This document shows, in pieces, positions 36,126-49,574 of a stretch of DNA of 64,000 bases. The stretch comes from Eukaryota sp. GEM-RC1. Lineage: Eukaryota. The stretch's first letter is position 1, and each line of letters starts with the position of its first letter. Below the pieces are notes generated by a model, which saw only the letters and a program-made list of their open reading frames with translations, made no database searches and had not been told where the DNA came from. Made by a program: the position numbers and the translations under genes. The stretch spans positions 124,001 to 188,000 of the forward strand of contig JAUFOQ010000018.1 in assembly GCA_040285855.1 (NCBI GenBank), read 5' to 3'.

Positions 36126-39100
36126 CTAAAAATTTGATTGTTGGCAATATTTTAACAGATTACTTGAAACAGTGATTAAAACAATGTTCTTTATTAATAG
36201 AATGTCAAAAACGAAAAACAAGAATACGGTTGATTTATGTGAATAATTAAACATAAGACGTACAATGCAACGTTGGATTCATGTGCGGAAACAATAATTA
36301 ATAAACAACAAAGTATTTGAAAGGAAAGAATTTTCCAAAGAGCAAAAAAATAAAGACAATTATTGATAAAGATTGGTAAATTTGATGGAAAGAATTTCCA
36401 ATGCATGTTTTCTAATTTCCACGTTATTGTCATCAATTAATAATAACAAATTCTTCCAAATACTCTTGAAAATGAGCTCAAAAGAGAAGAATTCTGTTGA
36501 CATTTAATAATCAACGACAAACAACCACTCATCACAAGGACACAATCACGTTTGATTGGCAACTTGCCCAAAGAAGTAAGTTCCTTAAAGTATGCAGACA
36601 ACAAAGAATTTAACAACTGACATAATGATTGACTTACAAGCTCAAAAGTCTCTTCTGAATCAATTAAATCAAATAGAACTTCTAGTACGGAGATCACCAC
36701 CAATGGAGAAGTAGTTGGTGACGTAGAGCAAAGTCCTCTAACAGAGAGGACACAACAATCAAATATTTTTAAAAAATGTGAAAGAATTTTGACCGGGGCG
36801 GATTTTAAATGATGGATAATTACAAATGGATAATCTATTTCAAATTTTGATGCTTCTCTGGCAGTTTTTGAATCAGGATTAATTCAGAAATATCAGAAAG
36901 AATTCGCCAATAATCTAAATTTTCATAGGGAAAAGTCTCAATATGGCTAATGATGTCATGTACAAACTCGAAAATTTTAAAAGAAATCTGATCCTTTTTC
37001 TGACGAGCGAGTAATATAAAGGATTTAAATTTGTCCAAAAGATTGAAGAAAAAAGGGGAAAAATACTCTGATATGGGAGCTTGAGAAGACAGAAATTTTA
37101 CCAAGGTTGAACAAACAGTGAAAATAGAAACAAAGAGATCAATATCAATCAAGGAAATCACATCTCGGTCTCTTTTGAAAAAACTGAATTTTCTAATTGT
37201 TCTAAAAAGTTAGGAACCATTGAAGAAAACGATTCAAAATCCGACAATGTCGTTTCGGCCGAGCAAAACGTAACAAATTCGTCAATTGACTCAAAAACAC
37301 TCAACTGGTGGAGAAAGCGTAGCAGTAATTGCTTGAGAGTCAATATAGGAACGTTTTCAGGGAGATCTTCTAGGAAAAGGATTCTATTTACGACATTGAG
37401 CAAAACCATAAACAGAGAATCGGTAATTTTGAAATGTTGTGGAGAAGTTAAAATAGTATTTGAAATGTAATTTGAGGTTTCAATAACTGTACATAACCTC
37501 AAAGACATTGATGATGGTCGCATGTTTTCATTTTTAAAAGTTTCATCAATATTGAGTGGAAGATCAATAAAACAAGATTCTAAATTTGTAACAAAATTCA
37601 TCATGAAATCTGGTATTTCAAAAGAAGATTCATGATAAAATAACAGTAAATCAGATAAAGACTTGACGCATATTTTAAATATGGCATCTGCTGGATTTAA
37701 AAATGATGTTTTAAGAAAATGAGAACATTTAATAGCAATTCAGAAATAAGTTCCTCGTGCTTTGTAGTGAAATATTTGGAAAATTTAACGAAAACGGAAG
37801 GTAAACCAGCGATGAGAGCCATAACTGATGACTCATAAACCACACATCCAAAATGATGACGTGATACATAACTACTGGTCAAAGTAGAATAAACATTGAT
37901 AATACTAGGGAAATACTTTGTGTAAACGTCATCTTCTGACAAATCAGCTGTTGAGACCAACGTCATTAGAATAGAGACACATGAAGAAGATATATCGTTA
38001 TCAACTGAAAGACAAGAAAGTTCCAAGAAAGTGTTCATAAACAGACAAAATAGCTCAGGATCTTGACCAAAAACTTCGGAAAAGTTCATTAAAACAGTAG
38101 CTACTCTCAGTCCCGCAGAAACATACGACTTTGAATTGGAAATGCAATATTTAGTCAAAGAGGATAAACATTTACATAGAATTTTGCAATAATCAACACC
38201 AAAGATATCGGGCGATTGTTCACAAATAGTAACGAAAATTTTAGAAAATTCGTCAATTTTGTCAGATTTAGGTTCGACTGACAAAAGCCGTTCAGTAAAC
38301 AGTTCTATACTAGGGATCATTTGGACTGGAAGGTCATTAGTTGACGTGATAAACAAGGAAACTAGAGAGGAAAAGACATCATGAGAGTCTAGAATCTTGG
38401 GCACTAAGATACTTTCAAATATGTTTTTGGTAAAAGTAGATAGACTACTAGTAGATACTTCAAAATCTACAACTTCTTCGCCAGAAATGAAAGAAAACTG
38501 TCCGGTATTTGTTGGGAATATTGACGGGATATGAAATGAATGGGTGGAAGGTAATAGAAAGACAAAGTCATTTGCAAAACTTTTGAGTTTAGAAGAATCG
38601 AAATTGGAAGTATTTACTGGTTTTGAGCTTTGAGTTTGATGGATTGATGAGATTAGATCAAAAATCAGTTCTAAAAGTGATACTTTGATTGGACCCCCGA
38701 CTGTATTATTATCAGCAAATACTGAAGAGAAGAACTGACTGAAAACGGGCCAAAAATGTACAAATTTTGAAAACTTGTGTTTCACTAAACTGAAGAAGAA
38801 TAGCTTGAGAGTTGATAAATCTGTAAGGGAAACTTCCGCTAAAAAAAGCATTAATAACTACTTTTCACAACAATATAAGGGAAGAAAAGGTTCAAAAAAA
38901 TCAAGACTTCGTTGGACTAATTGTGCCTCGCAAGACACAACATCAGGAAAAGTCAAATTTTTAATATTTAAAATCATTCTCAAAATTTGTCGCCAATCCT
39001 GTTCATTAGAGATCAATGACGATAAACTAAACACTGAAGAAAAGACTACAAAACAAGATAAAACCGAACCTTTCCCTGCAACATAAATGAGAGAATTCAA

Positions 39101-40497
39101 ACATTGATTTGATAAAGATTCAATTTTACATACAACAGAGCAATGAAGAAGAGACTTCAGAGCTAAAATGACTGGTGTTGACGTCAGCTGATTGCCAATG
39201 AACGTGATGATGCCTTCGAAGATTATGGAACCCAGATTGGATACTGTGTTTTTTAAAAAATCTAGTTCTTCAATACTTTCCTGTTTTGAAACGATGACTG
39301 CCAGGCAATCGACTGTTTGTAACAGGAAAGACAGACAAGCAAACAAGGTATTTGATGGTCTAATCAGAGTGGAGAAAGAGTCAAAATGAGGGTCAGAAAT
39401 TGATGGAGACGATTGGTCCAAATTAGGAAGGATGACGTTACTAGTGATGAGAGAGACCAAAATATCACCAATTTGTTTAACCAAATCAAAAACCAAGTTA
39501 TTAAGATCATTTTCATCTAAGTTCTGGATGAGAAACAACATCAACGAAGGAGTAGAAAATATGGGAGTTAATGCAGAAATAGTTGCAAATGACTGGAGAG
39601 CAGAATGATTTGAAGATAATAAACCTTTAATAATTGACAAAAGGAAAGCAGATTCAGTTGGAATTAATTCAAAGAAATTAACAAGAAAAGTAGAAGAAAG
39701 ATTAAGCATGGTAATAAGTAAGTTGTTTGAAATCTTTTTCTAAACAAATGTATGTATAGAGGACAAATAGAGGATTGGACTTTAGTCAGTAGTAGCTGAT
39801 TATTTTTAAATAATTTTAAATTTGAAGCAAAAGCGGTTTGAAGAAATATTAACCCAAAATCGGGAGAAAATTTCAATTTCTGTTCCTGATATACTAAAAA
39901 CTGGGGATCTTCTTCTTGTGATATTTGAAAAAAGTCATGAAGTAGAGGTAGTTGTACTTCAATGAAAGAAGTATCAAAAATTGAAGAAATTAAATTTTTA
40001 AGAGAATTCAATACATTTGAATACATTGATTTAAGAAGACTCAAGTGGTATAGCACTGAAAAACAGCCTAACAGAAGGTTTTCATTGGACAACGAAGCCC
40101 CTAAAGTACCTAAAGACATGGAGACGTTGAGTAGACAAACGGGAAGCTGTTCATCAGTAAAATGGGATTGAGAAAGAGAAATGCAGCGAGATATCAAGGA
40201 ACTAAACAGAGGAGAGGAAGTGGGTGATGAGAAGTGAGGTAGTAACTGGGAGATGGTGGAAAGAGAAAGAGTTGAGAGGTGATGATTTGAGGGATGAATA
40301 GAAATGAGAAACGGTCTAAGAACCTCGTTGGACAAGAGACATCCTGTAGCAAATTCATTGGAGCAAGAATTGCGGGAGAGGTTTCTCAACTCGAAGACAG
40401 CTAAAGTAGCTGATTCTTTATGTACAGGAGATCTGCCATCATTAGCAAGCTCTTGAAGGGCATTTTGTACAGTAACAGACAAAGTGGTTGTCGTCAT
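36126..40497 (-). CDS. MON2: MON2-like ARM/HEAT trafficking protein (split by indels)
   Basis: The N-terminus LQELANDGRSPVHKESATLAVFELR..EVLRPFLISI..LSTLSLSTISQLL resembles the MON2 DCB domain. Seven consecutive helical minus-strand ORFs span ~4.4 kb. The 3' end is inferred. Confidence 0.65.
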
Positions 40498-41144
40498 CCA
40501 AGTTGACAAAAGTTTGACACAACAATAATCACCAAATCTAACTACGTTTTTATGGCTCTCCTTGTGGCTTTATGAGTTCAGATCACACAATCTGTCTGTA
40601 CAATAGGCCGTTTTTCTTTCAAACGATGGAAATCTTAATGTTTTAATTCCATTACAATCTCAGGAGACAAATAAAAACATCCAAGCATGTGTATTTTGGT
40701 AGTAATCATGTTTAACAAATATGTTCCTCATCGATATCCAGAATGACCTAACGGTTCTAAAAGACTATATTACTTTTTACTACAGTGTAGTCACAAATAC
40801 CAAAAGACGTAATGCAAATTGGTCTAAGAACTAGACTCTAGGTGTATGCGGAATGATCGAAAATCTATTTTATCATGTGTATCGATCGCAGAAAGTTAAC
40901 TGAACAAACCTAGATGTCAAAATTTTACAACTGTTTTATGACAAACTTCGGGTGAGTACACTTTGAGTATCGTACGAGATTTACATGGGAACATTACGAT
41001 GAATTATCACAATTCATTTAAGGTCGTTTATTTAGGAAACAAATTGAAGGATGAAGCAAAAGGAAACGTTGTGCAATATTGTGAAGTGCAGCCAGAAAAC
41101 ACAACTGTCAGACTAGAAAGATAACGAAGAATAGAGATCTGTAT

Positions 41145-41551
41145 TTAAGCACGAAGAGCATATCGTCTCATGGGGAAAGCCTTCTCCTTCTTTTGGGCTC
41201 TAAGAGTTTTGCGAGCTTGATCTTCAGGGGACAAAGCACGACGCATGGCTCTAGTGAGTTTAGGTCGGATGTTGATTGGTTTGTTCTTATCACCGCGATA
41301 CTGCTTTCGGAGAGCGTTCTTCTCACTTGTGTTAAGAATGGTCAAACATCTGGCGATGTTCTTTCTGACGGTACGGATCTTCATGAGCTTAGGAGCAGCA
41401 CCGGATGTGACCTTGGCAACACGGAGATTCAATAGCTCAGCCTTAAGATCGTCGACCTTCTTGAGGATGTCTTCCTTAGACATCTTGCGGACGTCATGAA
41501 CCTTTATTTTTGCTGCTTCAATGAGTAAAGGGACATTTGAAACATACACAT
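41145..41551 (-). CDS. RPL35: 60S ribosomal protein L35 (uL29), one short intron
   Basis: KIKVHDVR..LKAELLNLRVAKVTSGAAPKLMKIRTVRKNIARCLT..RPKLTRAMRRAL. ATG at 41551; intron GTATGT...AG at 41547 to 41516 (or 41513). Confidence 0.97.
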
Positions 41552-41697
41552 ATTGAGAGAAAAGAGTTTTTACTTCCTATAGTCAACAAAGTGTCTTCAT
41601 TTTAACCCCACCCTTTGCCATGCATTAGTTTATAGGAGACTGTGTGACATGATTTATTCTATCCGAATCGATATCTGTCTGGTAATTACCAATTTAT

Positions 41698-42192
41698 CTA
41701 ATCTAAAAAAATGTAACTCCACGGAGACTGTGATAGCCTCGCACGAACAAATAGAGGACCATTTCTATAATTACACATATTTGACGGCTTAACAACTTGA
41801 ATTGCAATCAATATGAAGTCCACAAATGCTCCAACAAAAAATCCTCCGAATGTACAAAGCTTTCCCACCGCAATAGTTGGATACCCGAGATAAAAACGAT
41901 CAGCGCCAAAAAGACCTGCAAACAGCGACCATCCAATTGTTCGCCAGTAAGACTTATTTGTTACAAAACGACACGGAAAAGAAACTTCAAAAGTCCGTAA
42001 GCCCTCACACTGAACTTTGTCGAAGACAGTACAATTCAGAAGGTAAAAATTGCCTGCCTGACAGTTGGTAGGTTGAAATGTAGTATTTGATATCACAGGT
42101 TGCGGGCAACTGTATTGGTAACTATCTACAGAAGAGCATTGTCGTAGAGCAAAGGCTGTGAAGACAAATAGGGAAAGGACGTAGATAATCAT
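41698..42192 (-). CDS. TM2 domain-containing membrane protein (TM2D family)
   Basis: Signal peptide, Cys-rich ectodomain and the motif SLFAGLFGADRFYLGYPTIAVGKLCTFGG. Confidence 0.92.
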   Translation of the reverse strand: MIIYVLSLFVFTAFALRQCSSVDSYQYSCPQPVISNTTFQPTNCQAGNFYLLNCTVFDKVQCEGLRTFEVSFPCRFVTNKSYWRTIGWSLFAGLFGADRFYLGYPTIAVGKLCTFGGFFVGAFVDFILIAIQVVKPSNMCNYRNGPLFVRARLSQSPWSYIFLD

Positions 42193-42256
42193 AAAAGTCT
42201 GTTGGGTAAAAAACCAATTTTCAAAGATCTATTAACAGATAGTTGAGTTGTGCATC

Positions 42257-43712
42257 ATGCTTCATGACATTGAACTTGATTCCGAAGTCGAGTGTCTTGC
42301 TTCACTGAGAAGGACTTCTGTGTGTCTTTCAGAACCTACACGAGCTCCTTCAACTGCTCCTATTGGTCCTCCATCTCCCGTTCCTAATGCCAACTCACAA
42401 GTTTCTGTTTCCTTAGGACTTGACTTAATGCCGAAATCCAGTCCTGTTGCTCTTTCTAGAAGTGTTGATGCTGTTGTTGAACCTCTCAAAAATTCTCCCT
42501 CAATTCACGCGATCCTTGAACATTTCTCTGTTCCTGAAAACGGCAATGACCCTTCTCTTTCCTTCAACATGGAATCCATCAACGATACCATGTTTTCCTC
42601 CTTCGATACTGATGGGGGAAAATACACTGGAAAAGTAATCTGGACCCACCCTAAACTTGGCATTGGACTGATTGCTCCAGATGAAAAGTATGAATCCTCT
42701 CTCCGTAGTTTGATCTCCTCTCCCGATGTCATTCATCACGTTGTGTGCTCCTTCAATCTCTTCACTTCTTCTGAGGAAATCTTACATTGTCCAGTCTCCT
42801 TTGATATCAACACTGGTGACTCTTCTTCCATTCTCTTCGCTGTTGATGTCGCCATCCTTGATGCCCACCCTCCCCCTCAACACCCTCTTCAAAAACGGTC
42901 AAACTTATACTGGGTTTATCTACAGTTGGAAGTCAATGTTTGGGTTTGTCAAAACATCTAATGAAATCGAGGTCTACATCACAAAAGATCGCTCCTCCTT
43001 CAATTCTAGTAGTTGTTCTAAGAATGCTGACTACCGAGAAGGGCAAGTCGTTTCTCTTGAAGCCTATTGGAATGGATCAAATCCTCAGGGAAAACAAGTT
43101 CGGATTATTAAGGATCAGAATAACGTTGAAGTTGACGCGACTATTGTGTGTGTTGTTGCTGACCGATTGTCTCGGTTAGGTGTCGCTGTTGCTCATGGAA
43201 AGAACTCTGTTAGTAGCGCTAGCGGTTCTATTACTAAATCAATCAGTGATGACGTCATCATCTTTAGATTGGGTTTGATTAAGTCACCGCCAAGTGTCAC
43301 GTACAGTGATGATTTTCTAGTTGGCAAAGCGTGCAAGATCGTTGTTTCTCCTCATGTTTCTGGATTCTGGCATGGTCAATCTGTTTCTCACATTGATTTC
43401 CGCCCTGTGATGAATAGCCAACCCCCACAAGCAATCAGTCGTCGTCACTCCCTACCACCTGACTTTAAGACTAAGAAACCTCGTGAAGTTGATCCTAACA
43501 CGAGGCTTACTGGTCAAGTTTGTAGGATTGTGAAGCGGAATGACCGGGAGTTTGGTTTTCTACGAACTGAGTCACTTCCATGTGAGATTTACTTTCATTT
43601 TGGTAGAGTTGCGCCTGAATCTGATGTGGTAAGGGAAGGTTCTTTTGTACAGTTTACTTTGGTGTATAGCGCTACTGGTCAGCCACAAGCAACTGATATT
43701 GTTGTTTTATAG
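42257..43712 (+). CDS. Multi-cold-shock (OB-fold) domain RNA-binding protein
   Basis: YTGKVIWTHPKLGIGLI, YTGFIYSWKSMFGFV, and LTGQVCRIVKRNDREFGFL..EIYFHF..EGSFVQF..GQPQATDI. One frameshift near 42870. Confidence 0.75.
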
Positions 43713-44105
43713 ATTTGTTCTAGTTATTTTTTGTTACATTTTAGTGTTTTTTTAATATATTGTAAGTATAATTCACGTTTTCTCCTCGTTTTGGAGAGTT
43801 TTAATTTTAGAATCACATACGGCAGAAAAGTCTTATCTACGTAGGTCCAAATGCTTCTTAAAGTGGAGGTCCTCTGCTCTTAATGACGTGATCAGATTCA
43901 TTGAAACGATCAAAGTATAACTGGTTAGTTATTCATTTCGTGCATTCCAACACTATTTTTTAAAAAATTCAAAGACGGTCAAAAGATAATTACTCGAGGA
44001 AAAGAAGATAATTTAAAATGGGAAAAAATGAAATCTAACCGGCTAATTACAAAAATAAATTTTCAGACACAAGAATATTTGCAGAATATTTTACATCACC
44101 TAGTT

Positions 44106-45056
44106 TCAAATATGAGTCGTACTGATAACGTTTACATTTACATCTTCATCTTCACTTTCTACAGCTGTTTCATGAGTCTCAACCACAACCAAATTAGACT
44201 CCTCATAGTCATCGTCAATCGTAACGACGTACCGACGAGACGAAGGATCGAAAATATACGAAGGAAACGACCTTGCAGTGACACAGAATCTTGACTTAAA
44301 GTTGAAGCAGCAAGACTTTATAGAACGTGGTGATTGATCCGGAACAGCCTTGATGTGGTCATAAGTAGAAAGACCACGAGAGAGAAGATGAAGATGGAAG
44401 AAGAAAAGAAGAAAGGGAAATGTAAAAGCAACTGACGCAAACACAGCATTTACAAAGGATATAGGCGTATCTGCTATAGATCGAGAGACATAGAAAGTGG
44501 TAAGAAAGCCTGAGACTGCAACAGAAGCGAAGGAGAAGGAAAGAGAGAGAATAAACCAAAGAAAGTAGGAGTAGTTACGTTCTCCAATGCAAGTTCCTAT
44601 CCAAAGACAGTGATGGTCAAAGTGACGTACACAGCAGTTGCACGTTGAACAGTGATGGGCACCTGGAGGCCGATACATTGAACATTTGGGACAGAGACGA
44701 GAGACAAAGACATCGTCTTTTTTGTCAGGGAAATATGCACGTGTAATTGAGGGTTTATGTTGGTAGCCGTATGCTCGGTTCATGGAATTGGCGGCTTCAA
44801 AGGTGGATGTCTCAGGAGGTGGGATGAATCCAGGATCAGAAAAAGCAGTCAGTAACAAACATGACAACGAAATAGCCAAGAAAACAGCAACAAGAACTGT
44901 GAATATTGGAGATACCTCCAGAACATAAGGTGTGTCAAGTATCAGTGATATTATAGAAGGAGTAATTACCAGGCATAATGTGATGATAAAGAACATCCAT
45001 TCAGATCCTATTACGACGTGTTTTCCATAGTGAGCATTACCAATGCTGTTGGGCAT
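44106..45056 (-). CDS. DHHC palmitoyltransferase (Erf2-like)
   Basis: SDPG, CPKCSMYRPPGAHHCSTCNCCVRHFDHHCLWIGTCIGERNY, STYD; four hydrophobic segments. Confidence 0.96.
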   Translation of the reverse strand: MPNSIGNAHYGKHVVIGSEWMFFIITLCLVITPSIISLILDTPYVLEVSPIFTVLVAVFLAISLSCLLLTAFSDPGFIPPPETSTFEAANSMNRAYGYQHKPSITRAYFPDKKDDVFVSRLCPKCSMYRPPGAHHCSTCNCCVRHFDHHCLWIGTCIGERNYSYFLWFILSLSFSFASVAVSGFLTTFYVSRSIADTPISFVNAVFASVAFTFPFLLFFFHLHLLSRGLSTYDHIKAVPDQSPRSIKSCCFNFKSRFCVTARSFPSYIFDPSSRRYVVTIDDDYEESNLVVVETHETAVESEDEDVNVNVISTTHI

Positions 45057-45108
45057 TGGTTACTTGGAGGATGACTCTAATTTTTTCTCAACACAATTTT
45101 CTTCAACG

Positions 45109-45676
45109 ATGCAGTTCCTTTCTAATGAGTTAGCCTTCCTTAAACCTTTTATACAATTAGGGTTCAGAGAGTGTCTTTTACGTGTACTAAATGTTCTTCT
45201 TGTTGGCGTTTCTGCACTTATGATCTGGAACAGCTTTATCATTGCCACAAACACTAAAAAGTCCTATTGTTGTCGTTCTTAGCGGCAGTATGGAACCAGG
45301 CTTCTCTAGAGGCGATCTGTTGTTACTTTGGAGATCGTCATCGGTCGATATCGGTGACATTGTGGTTTATGAATTACCTTTGAAACAAATACCTATTGTA
45401 CATCGTGTGGTTTCCATTCATGAGTTCCCAGTGATGGAGAACACCACTTTCTATCTCACTAAGGGAGATGCCAATGAGGTGGACGATGCTGGACTGTATT
45501 ATGAAGGTGGAATTCCAGAGGCTCTACTGCAAGAAAAGCATCTTCTAGGGACTGTGAAGGCATATCTTCCCTTTGCAGGTCTGTTTACCATTTGGATGTC
45601 TGATTACCCTTTCCTCAAAATAATATTGTTGGCTTTCTTGGCTGTTACATCCTTTTCAAATAAAGACGATAAATAA
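45109..45676 (+). CDS. SEC11: Signal peptidase complex catalytic subunit
   Basis: SALMIW..SPIVVVLSGSMEPGFSRGDLL..IPIVHRV..LTKGDAN. One frameshift in the A-run near 45256. Confidence 0.96.
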
Positions 45677-48297
45677 TATTGTTGTTGTATTGTAAAAACA
45701 TTGGCTTTTCACAAATTTTCCAAAGTATTTGAATCATTGTACCTGCAAATTTTACTGTGATTCTAGAATTGATTACATCCTATCAGTATAGCTAGAACGT
45801 ACAAGAATTTCATTAATCTATGATTACAAAGTATTTCTCAGATCGTCAGTTGGTCAGACAGTCAATTATAATTGTAATTATTCATCATTCATGTATCTGA
45901 ATTTTCATGTAGCCATGGATGTACGTTTTTGATTTCTTACTATACTGAACATTCTTCATCTATTTCAAAAGAAATCTAATGATGCATGTACTGTACTTAT
46001 TGATATGTGTAAGGCTAATAGTGGATGGATATTGACTTTTGCCTTATCCGTTTCAGTGGATTTTAAGTGGAGGTTTTTCGCCACTATTGTCAGTCGTAAA
46101 ACGTTTGCGGGAAAAGTGCATTTCGCTATTATTTTTCGGAACTTAAATTCTGATTTCACAAATAATAGCCAATTCAGAGTATAATATTTTCAAGAAGAAA
46201 AAACAGCTAAAATTAAATGATGTAGTTCGGATTCGCTCGAAAATCGTTCGCACCTTTTATGTTCAACATTTTGCGTAAGTTACCGATTAAGACTAGATCA
46301 GTGGCATCTATTCTTTTGTGTAGACTTCACCTTTTTAGATCCATGTGTTCAGACCAACTTTAACAGTATTACTTCAAAAGTTTCTAACTACTTCGAAACG
46401 GCCGAAAAACATAAAATCGATATGTTTTCTGAGACGTTACTATACTCAATCAAAATTATATATATTTAAGTTTTATACTCTATGTGCTACTCTAGTTAAC
46501 CTAATACTAGCCACGAAGGGTGCGTTTTTTTTGGTCTAACAAATATTACGTGTAGTTAAACTGGACTATTTCTATTTTTGGTAGAAGTGGTGAAATGGCT
46601 TCTCAGTGTTCATATAGCCTTGATATGTAAAAGTCTCACAATAAGAGATTCAGTTTGTAACTGATTGCCACAATATCGTTTGATTTTCTCTGTTTCTCAC
46701 GATGTAATCGGTTTCATCTGTAACCAAAGAGAAGAGTGGACGATGGCTTGAACTCAAAAGAAGAATAGAAGATTTCTTTTATATGTTTCTTTTCAGTTCT
46801 TGTGCATTACTCCTGAATTTCTACAATCCATTTTTCTCAATGTCACAAATTCCTCAAATTTTCTGTATTTTTTTTGTTTAGTGTTCTGCTACTGTTGTCC
46901 ACTCAGTCACAGTGTTTTTTTGTAAATGGAATACTACTAGTTTGACAGTGGAGTCTCACTGTTCACATAGTGTATTTCGGATGTTCTTCACAGGTGTCTT
47001 TTAATAACTTTCTCTCTAGAGAACTTAAAGATTGCTTTTGGAACAAGAAATCGTTTTTTCTCGGGTGCCAACGCTACATTACCATAAGGAAGGTATTGTT
47101 TGTATATGGTAGCAACACATTTCCCGATTGACAATTGTACTATTCCCTTTTGTATTTTCACTGTACGCTTCTTTAGATGAATCGGCAACATCATTACTTG
47201 AATTCTTTGTGAACACTGTAAAAAAAACATCTACTAGTACTAGTAGGTCTTTTGATCTTAAATCGAATTGTGTTTGCTGTCTTTAAAGGTATGGTGACTT
47301 CCGTATCTAGCGTTTTATTATCTCTTGGCAGACATTATGAGGCTACAGTTGGCGAGAATTTCCAGATAGGCAATCTGGACTTTGCGGGTATTGATTATTC
47401 GATGTATGTCCACTGTAGTGTTGTTGTTAACAAAAATTTTTGGATTATAAAATGGATACAAACTATTAGCAGTTATTGTTACATAGTTTTTCTGTTAGTC
47501 TTTTGAATCAAAGTGAGTGCACAACAAAAAGTACTGATTCAAGACGTTATCTTCGATTTTTCCATAAATCCAAAGTTTTCAACCATTGAACCGATTTTAA
47601 TAAGCAAGAGTTTGCAAATCTTGAACACTGTTCAGCACCTCTGCAGTAAATGGTCGAAGTGTATATTAATCACTTTTTTCCAATAAATGGCCTTCTTGTA
47701 GAATGTATAAATCAAAGAATGGTTTCTTTGGTGTAAGAACAATTACTACAACTGGGTGTCTCATTAGCTTGTGGTTGGTTTAACACATGAAGCGACCTTC
47801 AAAACTGCTGATTTTAAGCGGAATTATTGCCACGAAGTTGAAGTCCTGCCTGACACTCAAATTTGAGTCTCATTTTCATTTTATCACAAAAATAGATTAG
47901 ATTCAGTTATACAAAACATAAACTGACAACTGCACATTTCTATTTTGGTTATACAATCCATAGCATTTACTCATGTATTAATAACCATGTATGGAAGCTG
48001 TCATCTAAAAGGTGGCAAAAGAGCACAAAAGACTATGCAAAGTGTACCAATATACCTCTAAATGTACTTACCCAGAGCAAATTTCTTTTGGAAACCGCTG
48101 AAATGAGCTTCATTCGACCTGTCTGGAAACGAAGGACTAAAAATTGTCCTGATTGAAAACAATCAATTTGACTAGACCTTATTACACCACACAGCAAAAG
48201 AACGTTGTAATTAAAAGTAACAATTAAATCTCAGATGTTGTACCGGTGATGTATACAATTTTTATGGTATTACCAATAAATCAAAATGCACATGTTT

Positions 48298-49574
48298 CTA
48301 CTGTTTCAAGTTTTCCTTGGCCACCTTAATGGCATTCTCCAAATCATTAATAATGTCTTGAGGATCTTCAATTCCAACAGACATTCTAATCATAGTATCA
48401 GTAATTCCGGCTTCTGCTCTTGCTTCAGGAGACAATGGAGCATGAGTCATGATTGCAGGCATCTGAATCAAAGTATCCACACATCCTAAAGAAACAGCCA
48501 AAGTACAAAGCTTAACATGTCGTACAACTTCTTTGGCAAACTCAAAACCATGCTTGGTTTCCAAATGCTAGACAACTTGGATATCCAGTAGCCTGTTTTT
48601 TGTGTACTGCGTGTCCACTGTGGCTGGGCAGACTAGGGTGATAGACAGTTTCAATATCGGGATGGTTGTGTAAAAATTCAGCAACTAACTTGGATGTTTC
48701 AGACATGCATCGGATTCTCATGGGAAGAGTTTTCATTCCATTACTAACTAGGAATGCATCGAAAGGACTCATGTTTCCACCAGTGATAACTCGGTAACCC
48801 CACATTTCCATCCAGTGATCCTTGTTTTTAAAGCAGAGAGCGCCATTTACGGAAGTTCCATGTCCTGATGTTAGTTGAGGCAGAGCAATACAAACCATTT
48901 AGATTCTTAGTACAACTGTACAAAGTGATGTCAGCTCCCAATTCAAGAGGTCTTTGAAGAATTGGTGACATGAAAGTGTTGTCCACAACAAGTAAGCAGC
49001 CTTCAACTGAATGGGCAATCTCACCGGCGGTCTTGATGTCTGTAACAGACAAAGTGGGATTGGCGGGAGACTCAATGTAAACCATTTTTGTTGTTGGTTT
49101 CATAGCATTACGGACCTCTTCGATGTTAGAACTGTCAACAAAAGTAACGTCAATGTTATACCGATCTTTCAATTGGGAAAAAAGCTTGTAGGTGCAACCA
49201 TATAGACAATTAGATGAAACAAGCTGAAATTAGAAAACGTAAAGAGATCAAAACACACATGATCACCATGTTTCCAAAAAACCGAGAACAACACAGCTTA
49301 CAGCACCCATTCCACTGGCAAACATGAGGCATCCACCTTCAGCTTTGTCAATCGATGCCAAATGCTCTTCAGCTGCTTCGACAGAAGGATTTCCTAATCT
49401 GGAGTAGATATGGCCAGTTTCTTGAAGAGAAAAAAGGGCCAATCCATGCTCAGGAGAATCAAAGGAATAAGTAGATGTAGCATAAATGGGTGTAGCATGG
49501 GCATATTTGGAGCCGTGGTGGCCAACCGAATGTAGAGCAACGGTATCGGGAGATTGATGAGATGAGTTTGTCAT
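48298..49574 (-). CDS. Methionine gamma-lyase (PLP-dependent Cys/Met metabolism family), two short introns
   Basis: PIYATSTY, YSRLGNP, FASGMGA, LYGCT, ESPANP, VDNTF, SCTKNLNGHG, AVSLG, IRMSVGIED. Introns at 49224-49258 and 48865-48895. Confidence 0.88.

Noticed and set aside
45700..48250. Gene or element in the gap between SEC11 and MGL
   Set aside because: Only short, stop-interrupted frames with no motif I could recognise.
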